Shown one piece after another: positions 29,896-40,058 of a stretch of DNA of 64,000 bases (its first letter is position 1; each line of letters begins with the position of its first letter). The translations under genes and the position numbers were made by a program. Below the pieces are notes generated by a model. The model searched no databases, was not told the origin of the DNA, and saw nothing but the letters and a program-made list of their open reading frames with translations. The stretch is from Fidelibacterota bacterium (GTDB lineage Bacteria > Fidelibacterota > Fidelibacteria > Fidelibacterales > DSDE01), in NCBI GenBank assembly GCA_046735395.1, contig JBJKQR010000062.1, forward strand, positions 64,001-128,000, read 5' to 3'.

Positions 29896-31716
29896 ATGCT
29901 ATATTACGGGGAAAAACCGGAGTCGACATTGGTCCAGAAAATACAGCTACTTCCTGACGACCTCTGCAATAAGATCGCAGCCGGTGAAGTCATACAGCGC
30001 CCATCCTCGGTCATCAAGGAACTGGTGGAAAACAGTATTGATGCCGGAGCCGACGACATTCAGGTCATCATCAGAGGCGGCGGGCGAGACGAGATCCGCA
30101 TCAGTGACAATGGTGAGGGCATGAGCGGCGATGACCTGCTTCTGGCCTTTGAACGGCACGCCACCAGCAAGATCCGGGAATTCGCTGATCTGGATACACT
30201 TCGGAGCATGGGTTTCCGCGGTGAAGCGCTGGCCAGTATCGCCGGCATCGCTCAGGTGGAAACCCGCAGCAGCCGCGAAGACGGAAACGGAAACCGCCTG
30301 CGGATTGAGGGTGGTAAAATCACCGACTTTTCTCCCTTTTCCTGCGCAAAAGGAACGGACTTCACGATTCGACATCTTTTCTATAATGTTCCGGCCCGTA
30401 AAAAATTCCTCAAGGATGAAGCGACCGAGTACCGCAGCTGTCTCGACACAGTCCGGCGCTTTGCCCTGGCCTGGCCGTCCATCCGCTTTACCTTCATTCA
30501 CAATGACCGGGAAGTATTCCGGTTTACTGAGGACGAAGCACAGCGGCGCATCGCAGCCCTGTTCGGACACCGCCACGCGGAGCGTCTGCAGAGACTGGAT
30601 TATGACCACGGTGATCTGAGTATCCACGGATACCTGGGTGATCCGGAACTGTCCCGCAGCCGGACTTCGGACCAGTTTATTTTCATTAATCACCGGATCA
30701 TCATGGACCGCCGGCTGAACGGGGTCATCTATTCCGGATACAGTGATGTCCTTGAGCGGGGCCAATATCCCTTTTTTCTTCTGGACATTTCCCTGCCCCC
30801 CGGTGAAATTGACGTCAATGTACACCCCACTAAATCTGAAATAAAATTCAGGCATGAACATGCCTTGTTCGAAACTCTGAAAAACGTTGTGAAAAGCGGA
30901 CTGAGAACCTTTCTGAAAGCGGACGCAGCCGAAGCGGAGACGCATTCGGAGCACAGCACCCAGGACTCATTTCCCCGGGATGGCGGTCATCCCCAATTTC
31001 AGCCCCGGGCCGCATCCCGGCAGATGTCGCTGGATTCATTTCCGAAGAATCAGCATTCCTCCGATTTTCAGAAGGACATGAATATCGAAAAGCGGCTGGC
31101 CCTGTTTGACAGCAGCCTGAACACTGCGCCATCCTCGGAAAGCAGCCTCCCTGACGCTCATCTGTGGCAGGCGCACAACCAATTTATCTTTGCGCAGGTC
31201 AGCAGCGGTGTGGTGGTCGTGGATCAGCATCTCGCCCATACGCGCGTTCTCTATGACAAGGCGCTGAAGACTCTGGAAAATTCCCGCCCGAAGGGGAATG
31301 CGCAGCAATTGCTGTTTCCCCTGACTCTGGATATGAATCCCATGGATTTTTCCGTTCTTCTGGAAATTATTCCTTCCCTGGAAAAACTGGGATTCGGACT
31401 GCGCGCCTTCGGAAAGAATTCGGTCATCATTGATGCCGTACCGGTGGATGCCCGTTTTGTGGATGAAGGCAGGCTGCTTCTGAATATCCTCGACGACTAT
31501 AAGGAATGGACAGGAAAAAAGAACCCCCTCATGCACAGCCTGGCCCTGGCCTTTTCAGAAAAAACCGCCATACGCCGGGGTGACAAACTGAGCCTCGCGG
31601 AAATGCAGAGCCTCATCGACACCCTGTTTTCCTCGGAAAACCCCTATTATTCTCCGCGCGGCAAAACCATTATCATCAATTTCAGCCTGCGCGAACTCGG
31701 ATCGCGCTTCAACTGA
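29896..31716 (+). CDS. mutL: DNA mismatch repair protein MutL
   Basis: IAAGEVI.RP, KELVENSIDAGA, RHATSK, GFRGEALASI, DVNVHPTK. Start may be TTG 29929. Confidence 0.96.
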   Translation: MLYYGEKPESTLVQKIQLLPDDLCNKIAAGEVIQRPSSVIKELVENSIDAGADDIQVIIRGGGRDEIRISDNGEGMSGDDLLLAFERHATSKIREFADLDTLRSMGFRGEALASIAGIAQVETRSSREDGNGNRLRIEGGKITDFSPFSCAKGTDFTIRHLFYNVPARKKFLKDEATEYRSCLDTVRRFALAWPSIRFTFIHNDREVFRFTEDEAQRRIAALFGHRHAERLQRLDYDHGDLSIHGYLGDPELSRSRTSDQFIFINHRIIMDRRLNGVIYSGYSDVLERGQYPFFLLDISLPPGEIDVNVHPTKSEIKFRHEHALFETLKNVVKSGLRTFLKADAAEAETHSEHSTQDSFPRDGGHPQFQPRAASRQMSLDSFPKNQHSSDFQKDMNIEKRLALFDSSLNTAPSSESSLPDAHLWQAHNQFIFAQVSSGVVVVDQHLAHTRVLYDKALKTLENSRPKGNAQQLLFPLTLDMNPMDFSVLLEIIPSLEKLGFGLRAFGKNSVIIDAVPVDARFVDEGRLLLNILDDYKEWTGKKNPLMHSLALAFSEKTAIRRGDKLSLAEMQSLIDTLFSSENPYYSPRGKTIIINFSLRELGSRFN

Positions 31717-32636
31717 TGAATACGCTTCCCATCCTTGTCATCACAGGCCCCACCGCTTCCGGCAAGACGGATCTCGCCATCCGCCTGGCCCAGCGGCTCA
31801 ACGCGGAAATCATCTCCGCCGATTCGAGGCAGATTTATCGTGGCATGGAAATCGGAACGGCAGCTCCGTCCCGGGATGATCTGGACAGGGCTGTTCACCA
31901 CTTCATTTCCATCTTTGACCCGGACCGGCCCTATTCCGCCGGTGAATTCGGAGAAGATGCCAGGAAGAAAATCACCGACATACGCAGCCGGGGCAGAAAT
32001 ATCATCGTCTGCGGCGGGAGCGGCATGTACATCCAGGCCATATTCGGAATGATCTATTCCGGCGGTGAAAGCAACAGCGCCATCCGGGAAGAGATTTTCC
32101 GTAAAGGCGAAGAGCTGGGGTGGGATATGCTGTACCGGGAGCTGCAGAGCAAGGATCCCGCCTGTGCTGACAAAATCTCCGTCAACGACACGAAACGCAT
32201 TGCCCGGGCCTTCGAGATCATGGAGATTCATGGTGATATTCCCAGCCGTGTCTGGCGGGACAACGAAACACGCGTCGACCTGCCGCAGCTCCGCCTTCTC
32301 ATCGCACCGGAGAGAAAGGTGCTGCTGGAGCAGATAGAACACCGCACGGCAGCCATGATTGAGCAGGGCCTTGTGGCCGAAACCGAAACGCTTCTGCAAA
32401 CCTATCCGGCGGATATCAACGCGCTGAAAAGTGTGGGTTTCCAGGAAATCATTGACCATCTCCAGGGGCGATCCACCCTTGACCAGGCCGCCGCATTGAT
32501 CAATATTCATACCCGACAATTCGCAAAACGCCAGATGACCTGGTTTCGGCGTACCCCGCCCGATCTGGAAATTGATCAGGCCGCAGGGGCGGATGATATG
32601 ATCCTCAACCTGCTTCATGATGCTGCCGGACAATAA
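31716..32636 (+). CDS. miaA: tRNA dimethylallyltransferase
   Basis: GPTASGKT, IISADSRQIY, GGSGMY, AKRQMTWFR; follows mutL. Confidence 0.95.
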   Translation: MNTLPILVITGPTASGKTDLAIRLAQRLNAEIISADSRQIYRGMEIGTAAPSRDDLDRAVHHFISIFDPDRPYSAGEFGEDARKKITDIRSRGRNIIVCGGSGMYIQAIFGMIYSGGESNSAIREEIFRKGEELGWDMLYRELQSKDPACADKISVNDTKRIARAFEIMEIHGDIPSRVWRDNETRVDLPQLRLLIAPERKVLLEQIEHRTAAMIEQGLVAETETLLQTYPADINALKSVGFQEIIDHLQGRSTLDQAAALINIHTRQFAKRQMTWFRRTPPDLEIDQAAGADDMILNLLHDAAGQ

Positions 32637-32713
32637 TTTCGCCATTACTTTATCTTTGCAAACCCGTAATAATCATGTAATTTTGCCTACAACCGCAATT
32701 CAGGGAGGGTCTG

Positions 32714-33949
32714 GTGTTATTTGACAGAAAACCGTTCACCTTCGACTCAGTCATCAGCAGCATCCTGAAAATTCTCGCCGTAGCCGGATTTATTCTGGCC
32801 CTTCATTTTCTCCGGGATGTTCTGGTTCCCTTTGCGGTGGCGCTGCTTCTGGCCTACCTGACCGATCCTCTGGTCAGAGTCATTCAATATCGGGTTCGCT
32901 CCCGTTCCCTCGCCGTGCTGATCACGCTGGTAGGCGTTGTTCTGTTTATTGCAGCCCTGTTTTCGGTCATCATTCCGGCCATCGTGTCCGAAGTGAGCCA
33001 TGCGGCCATGATGACCAGTGATTTCTTCAATAATTCGCAGATCGCTGAGCGGATGGCCCAGTATCTGCCGCAGGGAATCTGGCAGGCCGTAAAGGATTGG
33101 GTACTCAGCCCGGAAATTCAGAATCTCATCCGGGCCGAAAATATCATCCGTACGCTGGAAGCCCTGTCGCAGAACGTCCTGCCCGGCGCCTGGGGCTTGA
33201 TCACCGGCACCGCCAATGTGCTGGTCTGGGTTCTGGGTATCGCATTTGTCCTGCTCTACCTCGTCTTCATTCTGCTGGACTTTGAGAAACTCCGCAGAAT
33301 CTGGAAGGAGCTGATTCCCGTACCCTATCGTGAGGATATTGCCGGTTTTCTCGAAGAATTCAACGGCGCCCTGCATAAATATTTCCGTGCGCAGGCGGCC
33401 ATTGCCGGAATTGTGGGCATTCTCTTTGCCATCGGGTTTGAAGTCATCAGCCTGCCTATGGGAGTTCTGCTCGGCCTCTTCGTGGGCCTCCTCAACCTCA
33501 TTCCCTACCTCCAGATCCTGGGTTTTGTACCGGCCATCCTTCTGGCCATCATCCATGCCATTCAGAATGACAGCTCCATCTGGGGCATGATCGGTCTGAC
33601 ACTTCTGGTTTTCATCATCGTGCAGACGATTCAGGAAACTATCCTGGTTCCGCGTATCATGAACAAGAGCACCGGCCTCTCTCCGGCCATCGTCCTGCTG
33701 TCCCTCACGATCTGGGCAAAACTTCTCGGTTTTCTCGGCCTTATCATCGCCCTGCCCATGACCTATCTGATCTATACCTATTATATGAGATACCTGGCAA
33801 AAAGCTCGGATATCAGCTATGAACCGCTGGTTCGTGAAATAGGCCCCCAGCCGGAACGCCCGCCCCGGGAAAAAACGCTGACCGCGGCCCTGATAGATAA
33901 ATTGCGGCCCGGTGATGACGAAAATGAAGACAAGGATCCGGAAGACTGA
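32714..33949 (+). CDS. AI-2E (UPF0118/PerM) family transporter
   Basis: PFAVALLLAYL.DP, LNLIPYL, Q.IQE.ILVPRIM...GLSP. Confidence 0.85.
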   Translation: MLFDRKPFTFDSVISSILKILAVAGFILALHFLRDVLVPFAVALLLAYLTDPLVRVIQYRVRSRSLAVLITLVGVVLFIAALFSVIIPAIVSEVSHAAMMTSDFFNNSQIAERMAQYLPQGIWQAVKDWVLSPEIQNLIRAENIIRTLEALSQNVLPGAWGLITGTANVLVWVLGIAFVLLYLVFILLDFEKLRRIWKELIPVPYREDIAGFLEEFNGALHKYFRAQAAIAGIVGILFAIGFEVISLPMGVLLGLFVGLLNLIPYLQILGFVPAILLAIIHAIQNDSSIWGMIGLTLLVFIIVQTIQETILVPRIMNKSTGLSPAIVLLSLTIWAKLLGFLGLIIALPMTYLIYTYYMRYLAKSSDISYEPLVREIGPQPERPPREKTLTAALIDKLRPGDDENEDKDPED

Positions 33950-34029
33950 ACCGATACGGTTTCCCGGCAGAGAACCCGATCCATCCCTTATATATCAATA
34001 ATTCAAGATAAGCTTCAAAAACACCTGAA

Positions 34030-35361
34030 TCAGAGCAGCGTAGCCGCCAGTTCGGCAAGCTGTGACCGTTCGCCCTTTTCCAGATTGATGTGGGCATAGA
34101 GATTCTGGCTGCGCATCTTTTCGATCAGATAGGTGAGGCCGTTGGACTGCGTATCCAGATAGGGCTGATCAATCTGAAACACATCACCGGTGAACACGAG
34201 TTTCGTACCTTCTCCGGCCCGGGTAATGATGGTTTTCACTTCGTGGGGCGTCAGATTCTGCGCTTCATCCACGATAAAGTATATTTTCTGGAGACTGCGG
34301 CCGCGGATATAGGCCAGCGGTGAGATTACCAGCTTTTCCTCGGTGATCATGGATGAAATCTTCTTGTACTTTTCATCGTTTTCATTATACAGATGCTGGA
34401 TGACCTTCAGATTATCCCACAGCGGCTGCATATAGGGATCAAGCTTGCTCTTCACATCACCGGGGAGAAATCCCAGATCCTTGTTGCTGAGGGGCACAAC
34501 CGGCCGGGCGAGGTAGATCTGCCGGTAATGACGGGATTGCTCAATGGCGGAGGCCAGAGCCAGAAGCGTCTTGCCGGTGCCGGCTGTCCCGCTGATGGTT
34601 ATGAGCGCCAGATCCCGGTTCAGCAGGGCATTCATGGCAAAGGTCTGCTCCGCATTCCGCGGTACGATCCCGAAACAGTTATCCTTGTCCACCTTCTCCA
34701 ATATTTCCGCAACCGCATTATAGCGGACCAGAGCGCTCTGATTCATATTCCGCAGAATGAAATATTTATTGGGAATCAGTTCCGCCTGACCGTCCAGTAC
34801 AGACGCAGGAATGGAAAAGGGCGCTTTGTACAGGGCTGAAATCTGTTCCGGATCCACATTTTCCAGAATATCCTTTCCGGCATAGAGATTATCGATGCTC
34901 TTGATCTGGTCGCTGGTATAATCGTCAGCCCGGATTTCAAGGGCCTTGGCCTTGACCCGAAGATTCACATCCTTTGTAACGAGGACAACGTCACGGCCCG
35001 GATTATCTGCCTGTACACTTAGAACAGTGGACAGAATCCGGTGATCCATCAGATCTTCCTTGAAAATTTTGCGGATATCGGGATGGACTTCACGTGTGAT
35101 GGCGATTCGGATCGTCCCCTTCTTTTCACCCAGAGGATAACCCGTCGAAAATATCTTTTTCCCCAGCATGGCATCCAGCGTTCTCACAAATTCACGGGCA
35201 TTATGATTGATGACCTGATTTCCGCGTTTGAAATGATCCAGTTCTTCCAGTACGGGCATGGGAATGACAATGTCATTATCCTGAAAATTGTGTATACAGG
35301 TCGCATCATGCAGAATGACATTCGTGTCCAGAATGAAAATCTTCGTCTTGCGCTTTGCCAT
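34030..35361 (-). CDS. PIN-PhoH (PhoH2/YlaK-like) protein
   Basis: PIN domain LDTNV..HD, VTKDVNLR; PhoH ATPase GTAGTGKT, RGRS, DEAQN, GD..QID. Confidence 0.92.
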   Translation of the reverse strand: MAKRKTKIFILDTNVILHDATCIHNFQDNDIVIPMPVLEELDHFKRGNQVINHNAREFVRTLDAMLGKKIFSTGYPLGEKKGTIRIAITREVHPDIRKIFKEDLMDHRILSTVLSVQADNPGRDVVLVTKDVNLRVKAKALEIRADDYTSDQIKSIDNLYAGKDILENVDPEQISALYKAPFSIPASVLDGQAELIPNKYFILRNMNQSALVRYNAVAEILEKVDKDNCFGIVPRNAEQTFAMNALLNRDLALITISGTAGTGKTLLALASAIEQSRHYRQIYLARPVVPLSNKDLGFLPGDVKSKLDPYMQPLWDNLKVIQHLYNENDEKYKKISSMITEEKLVISPLAYIRGRSLQKIYFIVDEAQNLTPHEVKTIITRAGEGTKLVFTGDVFQIDQPYLDTQSNGLTYLIEKMRSQNLYAHINLEKGERSQLAELAATLL

Positions 35362-35575
35362 GACAGATCCTCCGTTTTAATTTAAGTTAAAGCGATCACA
35401 GACGTTTCTCCACAGAATTCTCTGCAGGCCTTTCCCCTGCAAGTCCCTTTCCTGCAATGATTATTGTAGAAATCAGGTGCGAACCTTCGGCAGACATTCG
35501 GGAAATGAAGACAGGGCCTGATTGGTATTTGGATTCCCGGGCAGAAATTTTTATGTTCCTTCTGATGATAGGGAT

Positions 35576-36952
35576 ATGGGCACTGTGAAACGAATTCGTA
35601 TTGAGATCTGCGGTTCCGGAGGACCGGAACTGGCTGGACGTCTGACGGCCCTGCTTCCGGACAGAGCCCTTTATGATACGGCCATCACCGATACGGCCGA
35701 AGAATTGCCGAAACGCTCCGCGCCCAAACTCCCGGACATGCTCATTGTACCTGAAACGGAACTAAAGCGTATCGCTCCCCTTTTTCCCGATATTATCGCC
35801 GACTGCATGGAACGCAGGCCGGATATGATCATTATTGTCTTTACAATGAAACAGACACTTCCGGCGGCGATGCGTGCCATAGAAGCCGGCGCTTACCAGT
35901 ACGTGAGAATGCCGGCGGAAAATGATGAGATCCGACTGCTTCTCGAATCCTCGCTGCAGAAGCTCGGCTCAGGCGGAGGCCGGGAAAATGCCGACCAGGA
36001 GACGCCCGATAAATTCGGCGGCATCATCGGACAGACCGATGTCATGCAAGCCGTTTTTGAACAGGTTCGCCAGGCTGCAGAAACCGACATCCCGGTTCTG
36101 ATCGTAGGCGAAACCGGAACCGGTAAGGATCTGCTTGCCTTTACGCTGCACAAGCTGAGCCTGCGCAGAGATGAGCCCTATCTGGCTGTAAACCTGGGTG
36201 CCCTGCCTCCGGAACTGGTGGCCAGTGAACTATTCGGTCATGAAAAAGGCGCCTTCACCGGGGCCGTTCATCAGCATAAGGGTGTGTTTGAGCAGGGCAA
36301 CAAGGGAACGGTCTTTCTCGATGAAATTGATTCCATGAGCGAGAAAATACAGGTTTCCCTGCTGCGCCTTCTGGAACAGAAAAAATTCAAGCGACTGGGC
36401 GGCTCCAGGTCCATCAACAGCGCGGCCCGTATTATCGCTGCCTCCAATGAAGATCTGGACAGCCTGACCCGTCAGGGCAGTTTTCGCAGTGACCTTTTTT
36501 ACCGCCTGGATGTATTCCGTATATCCCTTCCCGCCCTTCGGGACCGAAAAGAGGATATTCCCCTTATTGCCGAAGAATTACGATTGAAATATGCACAGAA
36601 ATACAATCGGAATATTCAGAGTATTTCGAGGTCCGCCATGACTGCTCTTGTGGATTTCGAATGGCCCGGAAATGTACGGGAACTGAAAAATGTCATACAG
36701 CGGGCCATCCTGGTCTGTGACGAAGCGGAAATACAGCTGGAACACCTGCCCCAGCGCTTTCATCATTTTACCACCGAATCCCCCACCATTACGGTTCAGA
36801 TCGGAACTCCGCTGGCTGCCATAGAAGAGGATATCCTGATCGCCACCCTTGAAGCAAATCAGAACAATCGTGCAAAAAGCGCCAAAGATCTGAAAATCAG
36901 TCGGCGAACACTGTATAATAAACTTGAAAAATACGGCCGTAAAGATAAATAG
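35576..36952 (+). CDS. Sigma54-dependent activator with degenerate receiver domain
   Basis: GETGTGKD, SELFGHEKGAFTGA, FLDEI, WPGNVREL, C-terminal HTH; NtrC-like N-terminus (AIEAGAYQY). Confidence 0.9.
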   Translation: MGTVKRIRIEICGSGGPELAGRLTALLPDRALYDTAITDTAEELPKRSAPKLPDMLIVPETELKRIAPLFPDIIADCMERRPDMIIIVFTMKQTLPAAMRAIEAGAYQYVRMPAENDEIRLLLESSLQKLGSGGGRENADQETPDKFGGIIGQTDVMQAVFEQVRQAAETDIPVLIVGETGTGKDLLAFTLHKLSLRRDEPYLAVNLGALPPELVASELFGHEKGAFTGAVHQHKGVFEQGNKGTVFLDEIDSMSEKIQVSLLRLLEQKKFKRLGGSRSINSAARIIAASNEDLDSLTRQGSFRSDLFYRLDVFRISLPALRDRKEDIPLIAEELRLKYAQKYNRNIQSISRSAMTALVDFEWPGNVRELKNVIQRAILVCDEAEIQLEHLPQRFHHFTTESPTITVQIGTPLAAIEEDILIATLEANQNNRAKSAKDLKISRRTLYNKLEKYGRKDK

Positions 36953-37002
36953 TATAATTATTATACATTCTCGGTTTGACATTTTAACTATTCACAATTA
37001 TA

Positions 37003-37018
37003 TGTAAATATATTTACA
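37003..37018. promoter_or_regulatory. Perfect palindrome TGT-N10-ACA, candidate sigma54-activator binding site
   Basis: TGTAAATATATTTACA; related imperfect copies near 36952-36967 and 37043-37059. Confidence 0.5.
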
Positions 37019-37157
37019 CATTCTTGTCAATTGTTCAAGATATGGCTAAATATTATACATATTCTGCATTTACATCGCAGCGGCAGCATTTTCACCAGCA
37101 GCCATGACGCGGATTATCTAATTAATATTTAATAAGATATATAATAATTTCCAATCA

Positions 37158-37172
37158 CGGCATCATTCTTGT
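37158..37172 (+). promoter_or_regulatory. Putative sigma54 -24/-12 promoter of the ablA operon
   Basis: CGGCATCATTCTTGT (GG-N10-GT), about 140 nt downstream of the palindrome. Confidence 0.4.
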
Positions 37173-37311
37173 CTGTGTAGCGGAGATGGTGATTTTCAGG
37201 ACAAATTTCAACATGGCGCTCCTATTTCACTCATATTAAATGAGGGAGCATGCGGCTCCCGGCACGAAAGTTCTGCCTGAAGGCAGAGGAAAATAAAGGA
37301 CAGGATATTTT

Positions 37312-38640
37312 ATGACCATTTACAATGCACACCAGCAAAGCATAGCCGAGCGGATTGAGAAAAAAGTTCCCATCGGCCAGTGGAAGGACTGGACCTGGCA
37401 GATGCGGCACCGGGTACAGGATATTGAAACGTTTGAAAAGCTGCTGGGAATAAAATTCAGCGTGGCGGAGCGCCGGAGCCTGCAGGAAACGATACGGAAA
37501 TTTCCCCTTTCCGTACCGCCCTATTATATTTCTCTCATTAATACAAAGGACTTCAAGAACGACCCGGTCTTCAAGCAGGCATTTCCCAACTCTGCCGAAC
37601 TGATCATTGCGGATCAGGACATGTCGGATCCGCTGGCCGAGGATAAGGACAGTCCGGCCCCCGGCATCACTCACCGCTACCCGGACAGGGTTCTGTTCAC
37701 TATCAGTAATATGTGCGCCATGTACTGCCGTCACTGCACCCGGAAACGCAAGGTGGGCGATGTGGATTTCATCCCCAACAAAGGCATGATCAAGGCCGGA
37801 ATCGCCTATATAAAGAAAACCCCGCAGATCCGGGACGTTCTCCTGTCCGGCGGCGATCCCTTTCTGCTCTCCGATGATTTTCTGGACTGGATTCTGACGG
37901 AGATCCGCAGCATCCCCCATGTGGAAATTATCCGCATCGGCACCCGGGTTCCCGTTGTGCTCCCTTACCGGGTCACAGATGATCTGGTCGCAGTCCTGAA
38001 AAAGCATCACCCGCTTTGGATCAATACCCATTTCAATCATCCCCGGGAAATCACCGAATCAGCCCGGGAAGCTCTGAGCAAACTGGCGGATGCCGGGATT
38101 CCCCTCGGCAATCAATCCGTACTTCTCGCCGGTGTCAACGACTGTCCCCGCATAATGAGATCTCTGGTGCATAAGCTGGTACAGAATCGTGTAAGGCCCT
38201 ACTATCTGTATCAGTGCGATCTGTCGGAAGGCCTGTCCCATTTCCGCACACCCATCGGCAAGGGAATTGAAATCATTGAAAGCCTCATCGGCCACACCAG
38301 CGGATTTGCCGTTCCCACCTATGTCATCGATGCTCCCGGCGGCGGCGGCAAAATCCCCATCATGCCTAATTATATCGTATCCTGGTCCACCAACAAAGTC
38401 GTTCTCAGAAACTATGAAGGAGTGATTACCACCTACAAGGAACCGGACAGTTACGAACCGGTGTTCTGTGACCGGAATTGTGAAAAATGCGATCTTCAGC
38501 TGGAACTGGAAGGGTCGGAGGACTACAATTTCACCGGAATCGCCGAACTGCTGTCGGATGCCGATGAGAAGATATCCCTCATCCCCGAAAACAATGAACG
38601 TCTCGAGAGACGGAATGATGACGAACAGGAGACGATTTAA
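37312..38640 (+). CDS. ablA: Lysine 2,3-aminomutase
   Basis: [48 protein letters not shown]-terminal CDRNCEKC; linked to ablB. Confidence 0.93.
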   Translation: MTIYNAHQQSIAERIEKKVPIGQWKDWTWQMRHRVQDIETFEKLLGIKFSVAERRSLQETIRKFPLSVPPYYISLINTKDFKNDPVFKQAFPNSAELIIADQDMSDPLAEDKDSPAPGITHRYPDRVLFTISNMCAMYCRHCTRKRKVGDVDFIPNKGMIKAGIAYIKKTPQIRDVLLSGGDPFLLSDDFLDWILTEIRSIPHVEIIRIGTRVPVVLPYRVTDDLVAVLKKHHPLWINTHFNHPREITESAREALSKLADAGIPLGNQSVLLAGVNDCPRIMRSLVHKLVQNRVRPYYLYQCDLSEGLSHFRTPIGKGIEIIESLIGHTSGFAVPTYVIDAPGGGGKIPIMPNYIVSWSTNKVVLRNYEGVITTYKEPDSYEPVFCDRNCEKCDLQLELEGSEDYNFTGIAELLSDADEKISLIPENNERLERRNDDEQETI

Positions 38641-40058
38641 TGCACAGTGTCGATTACCTCATTTTTGGTTTGTACTTCCTGATTGTTCTGGGAATTGGTG
38701 TCTATTTTTTCAGGAAAAACGAGGATCGTGAAGACTATTTCGTGGGGGGCCGCAGCATCTCCGCGTCTCACGTCGGCATGAGTATTGTGGCGACGGATGT
38801 GGGCGGCGGTTTCAGCATCGGCCTGGGAGGCCTGGGCTACCTGATGGGACTGTCCGGTAGCTGGCTGCTCTTCACGGGCCTGGTCGGTGCCTGGCTGTCT
38901 GCGGTTCTGGTTGTCCCCCGCATCAAGGCAGTGGATGAAAAATTCGACATGCTCACCTATCCGGATTTTCTGAAACTCAGATACGGGACTAAAGTCGCTC
39001 TGGCTGCTTCGCTCATCTCAGGTATCGGCTATCTGGGTTTCACAGGCGCACAGATCCTCGCCGGCGCGAAACTTGCTGCTGTGACGGTTTTTTCCTCGGT
39101 CACGATCATGGATCCGCTGCACCTGGCCCTGTATGTCATGGCCGGCATCGTCCTGATCTACACTGTCCTGGGCGGGCTCAAGGCTGTAATTTATACCGAT
39201 ACGGTCCAATGGGTGGTCCTTCTGGCGGGGCTGCTTTTTTTCGGAGTTCCCTGGGCAATCAAGGAAGTGGGCGGCTGGCATGCCCTGAAAGCCGGTCTGC
39301 CGCCAGAATACTTTTCACTGACCAATGTGAGCGGGATTCAGATATTGAACTGGTTTTTCACCATCATTCCCATCTGGTTCATCGCCATGACCCTGTATCA
39401 GCGGATTTATGCCGTACGGAACGAGAAGGAAGCGAAAAAAGCCTTTTATATCGCCGGGTTTCTGGAATATCCCATCATGGCCTTCATCGGCGTCTTTCTC
39501 GGTATGTGCGCCCGGATTTTCTTTCCGGATGTAGAGAGCGAACTGGCCATGCCCCTCATGCTGCGCGACATCCTCCCCATCGGCATCACCGGGATCGTCA
39601 CCGCATCCTTTTTCTCCGCTATCATGTCCACGGCCGACAGTTGTCTCATCGCCTCCTCAGGCAATTTTGTAAACGACATCATCGAACCACTCTGGCTGAA
39701 GGGGAAGAGCAACAAGACGCTGATCCGCGTATCGCAGATCGCCACCCTGGTCATCGGCGCGGCCACTCTGATCATCGCATCCTCCTTCACAACTGTCCTC
39801 GAGCTGATTCTCAATGCCTACAGCTTCATGGTCGCCGGGCTATTCATCCCGACTCTCGGCGCGCTTTTTCTGAAAAAGCATGATGAACCATCTGCCGTTA
39901 CCGCCATGATTCTCGGCGGCGGTTTCACGCTCATCCTGATTTTTTCCGATCTCTCCATGCCCTATGGACTGGATTCATCCATCGGCGGCATTCTCGTTTC
40001 GGGTCTCGTATTTTTCGGCATGAACGGACTTCGAAGCAGACGGATCCATCATGACTGA
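38640..40058 (+). CDS. Sodium:solute symporter (SSS) family protein
   Basis: DYFVGGR, YTVLGGLKAVIYTD.VQ, AIMSTADS; about 13 TM helices. Confidence 0.92.
   Translation: MHSVDYLIFGLYFLIVLGIGVYFFRKNEDREDYFVGGRSISASHVGMSIVATDVGGGFSIGLGGLGYLMGLSGSWLLFTGLVGAWLSAVLVVPRIKAVDEKFDMLTYPDFLKLRYGTKVALAASLISGIGYLGFTGAQILAGAKLAAVTVFSSVTIMDPLHLALYVMAGIVLIYTVLGGLKAVIYTDTVQWVVLLAGLLFFGVPWAIKEVGGWHALKAGLPPEYFSLTNVSGIQILNWFFTIIPIWFIAMTLYQRIYAVRNEKEAKKAFYIAGFLEYPIMAFIGVFLGMCARIFFPDVESELAMPLMLRDILPIGITGIVTASFFSAIMSTADSCLIASSGNFVNDIIEPLWLKGKSNKTLIRVSQIATLVIGAATLIIASSFTTVLELILNAYSFMVAGLFIPTLGALFLKKHDEPSAVTAMILGGGFTLILIFSDLSMPYGLDSSIGGILVSGLVFFGMNGLRSRRIHHD

Noticed and set aside
32651..32685. TAnnTTTG Bacteroidota-type -7 promoter boxes (also at 60824)
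   Set aside because: They equally fit an ordinary TAnnnT -10 box, and canonical TTGACA-17-TAnnnT promoters occur in the window, so the two cannot be distinguished.
34030..35361. PIN domain as a toxin-antitoxin or prophage phoH marker
   Set aside because: It is the common chromosomal PIN-PhoH fusion, with no antitoxin or phage genes nearby.
37181..37230. GGAGATGGTG as a fluoride riboswitch start
   Set aside because: The complementary stem and downstream conserved segment are missing, and the gene context does not fit.
37312..38640. KamA homologue as EpmB or a lysine-fermentation enzyme
   Set aside because: Linked to ablB rather than efp/epmA or kamDE, and it has the AblA-like C-terminal Cys cluster.
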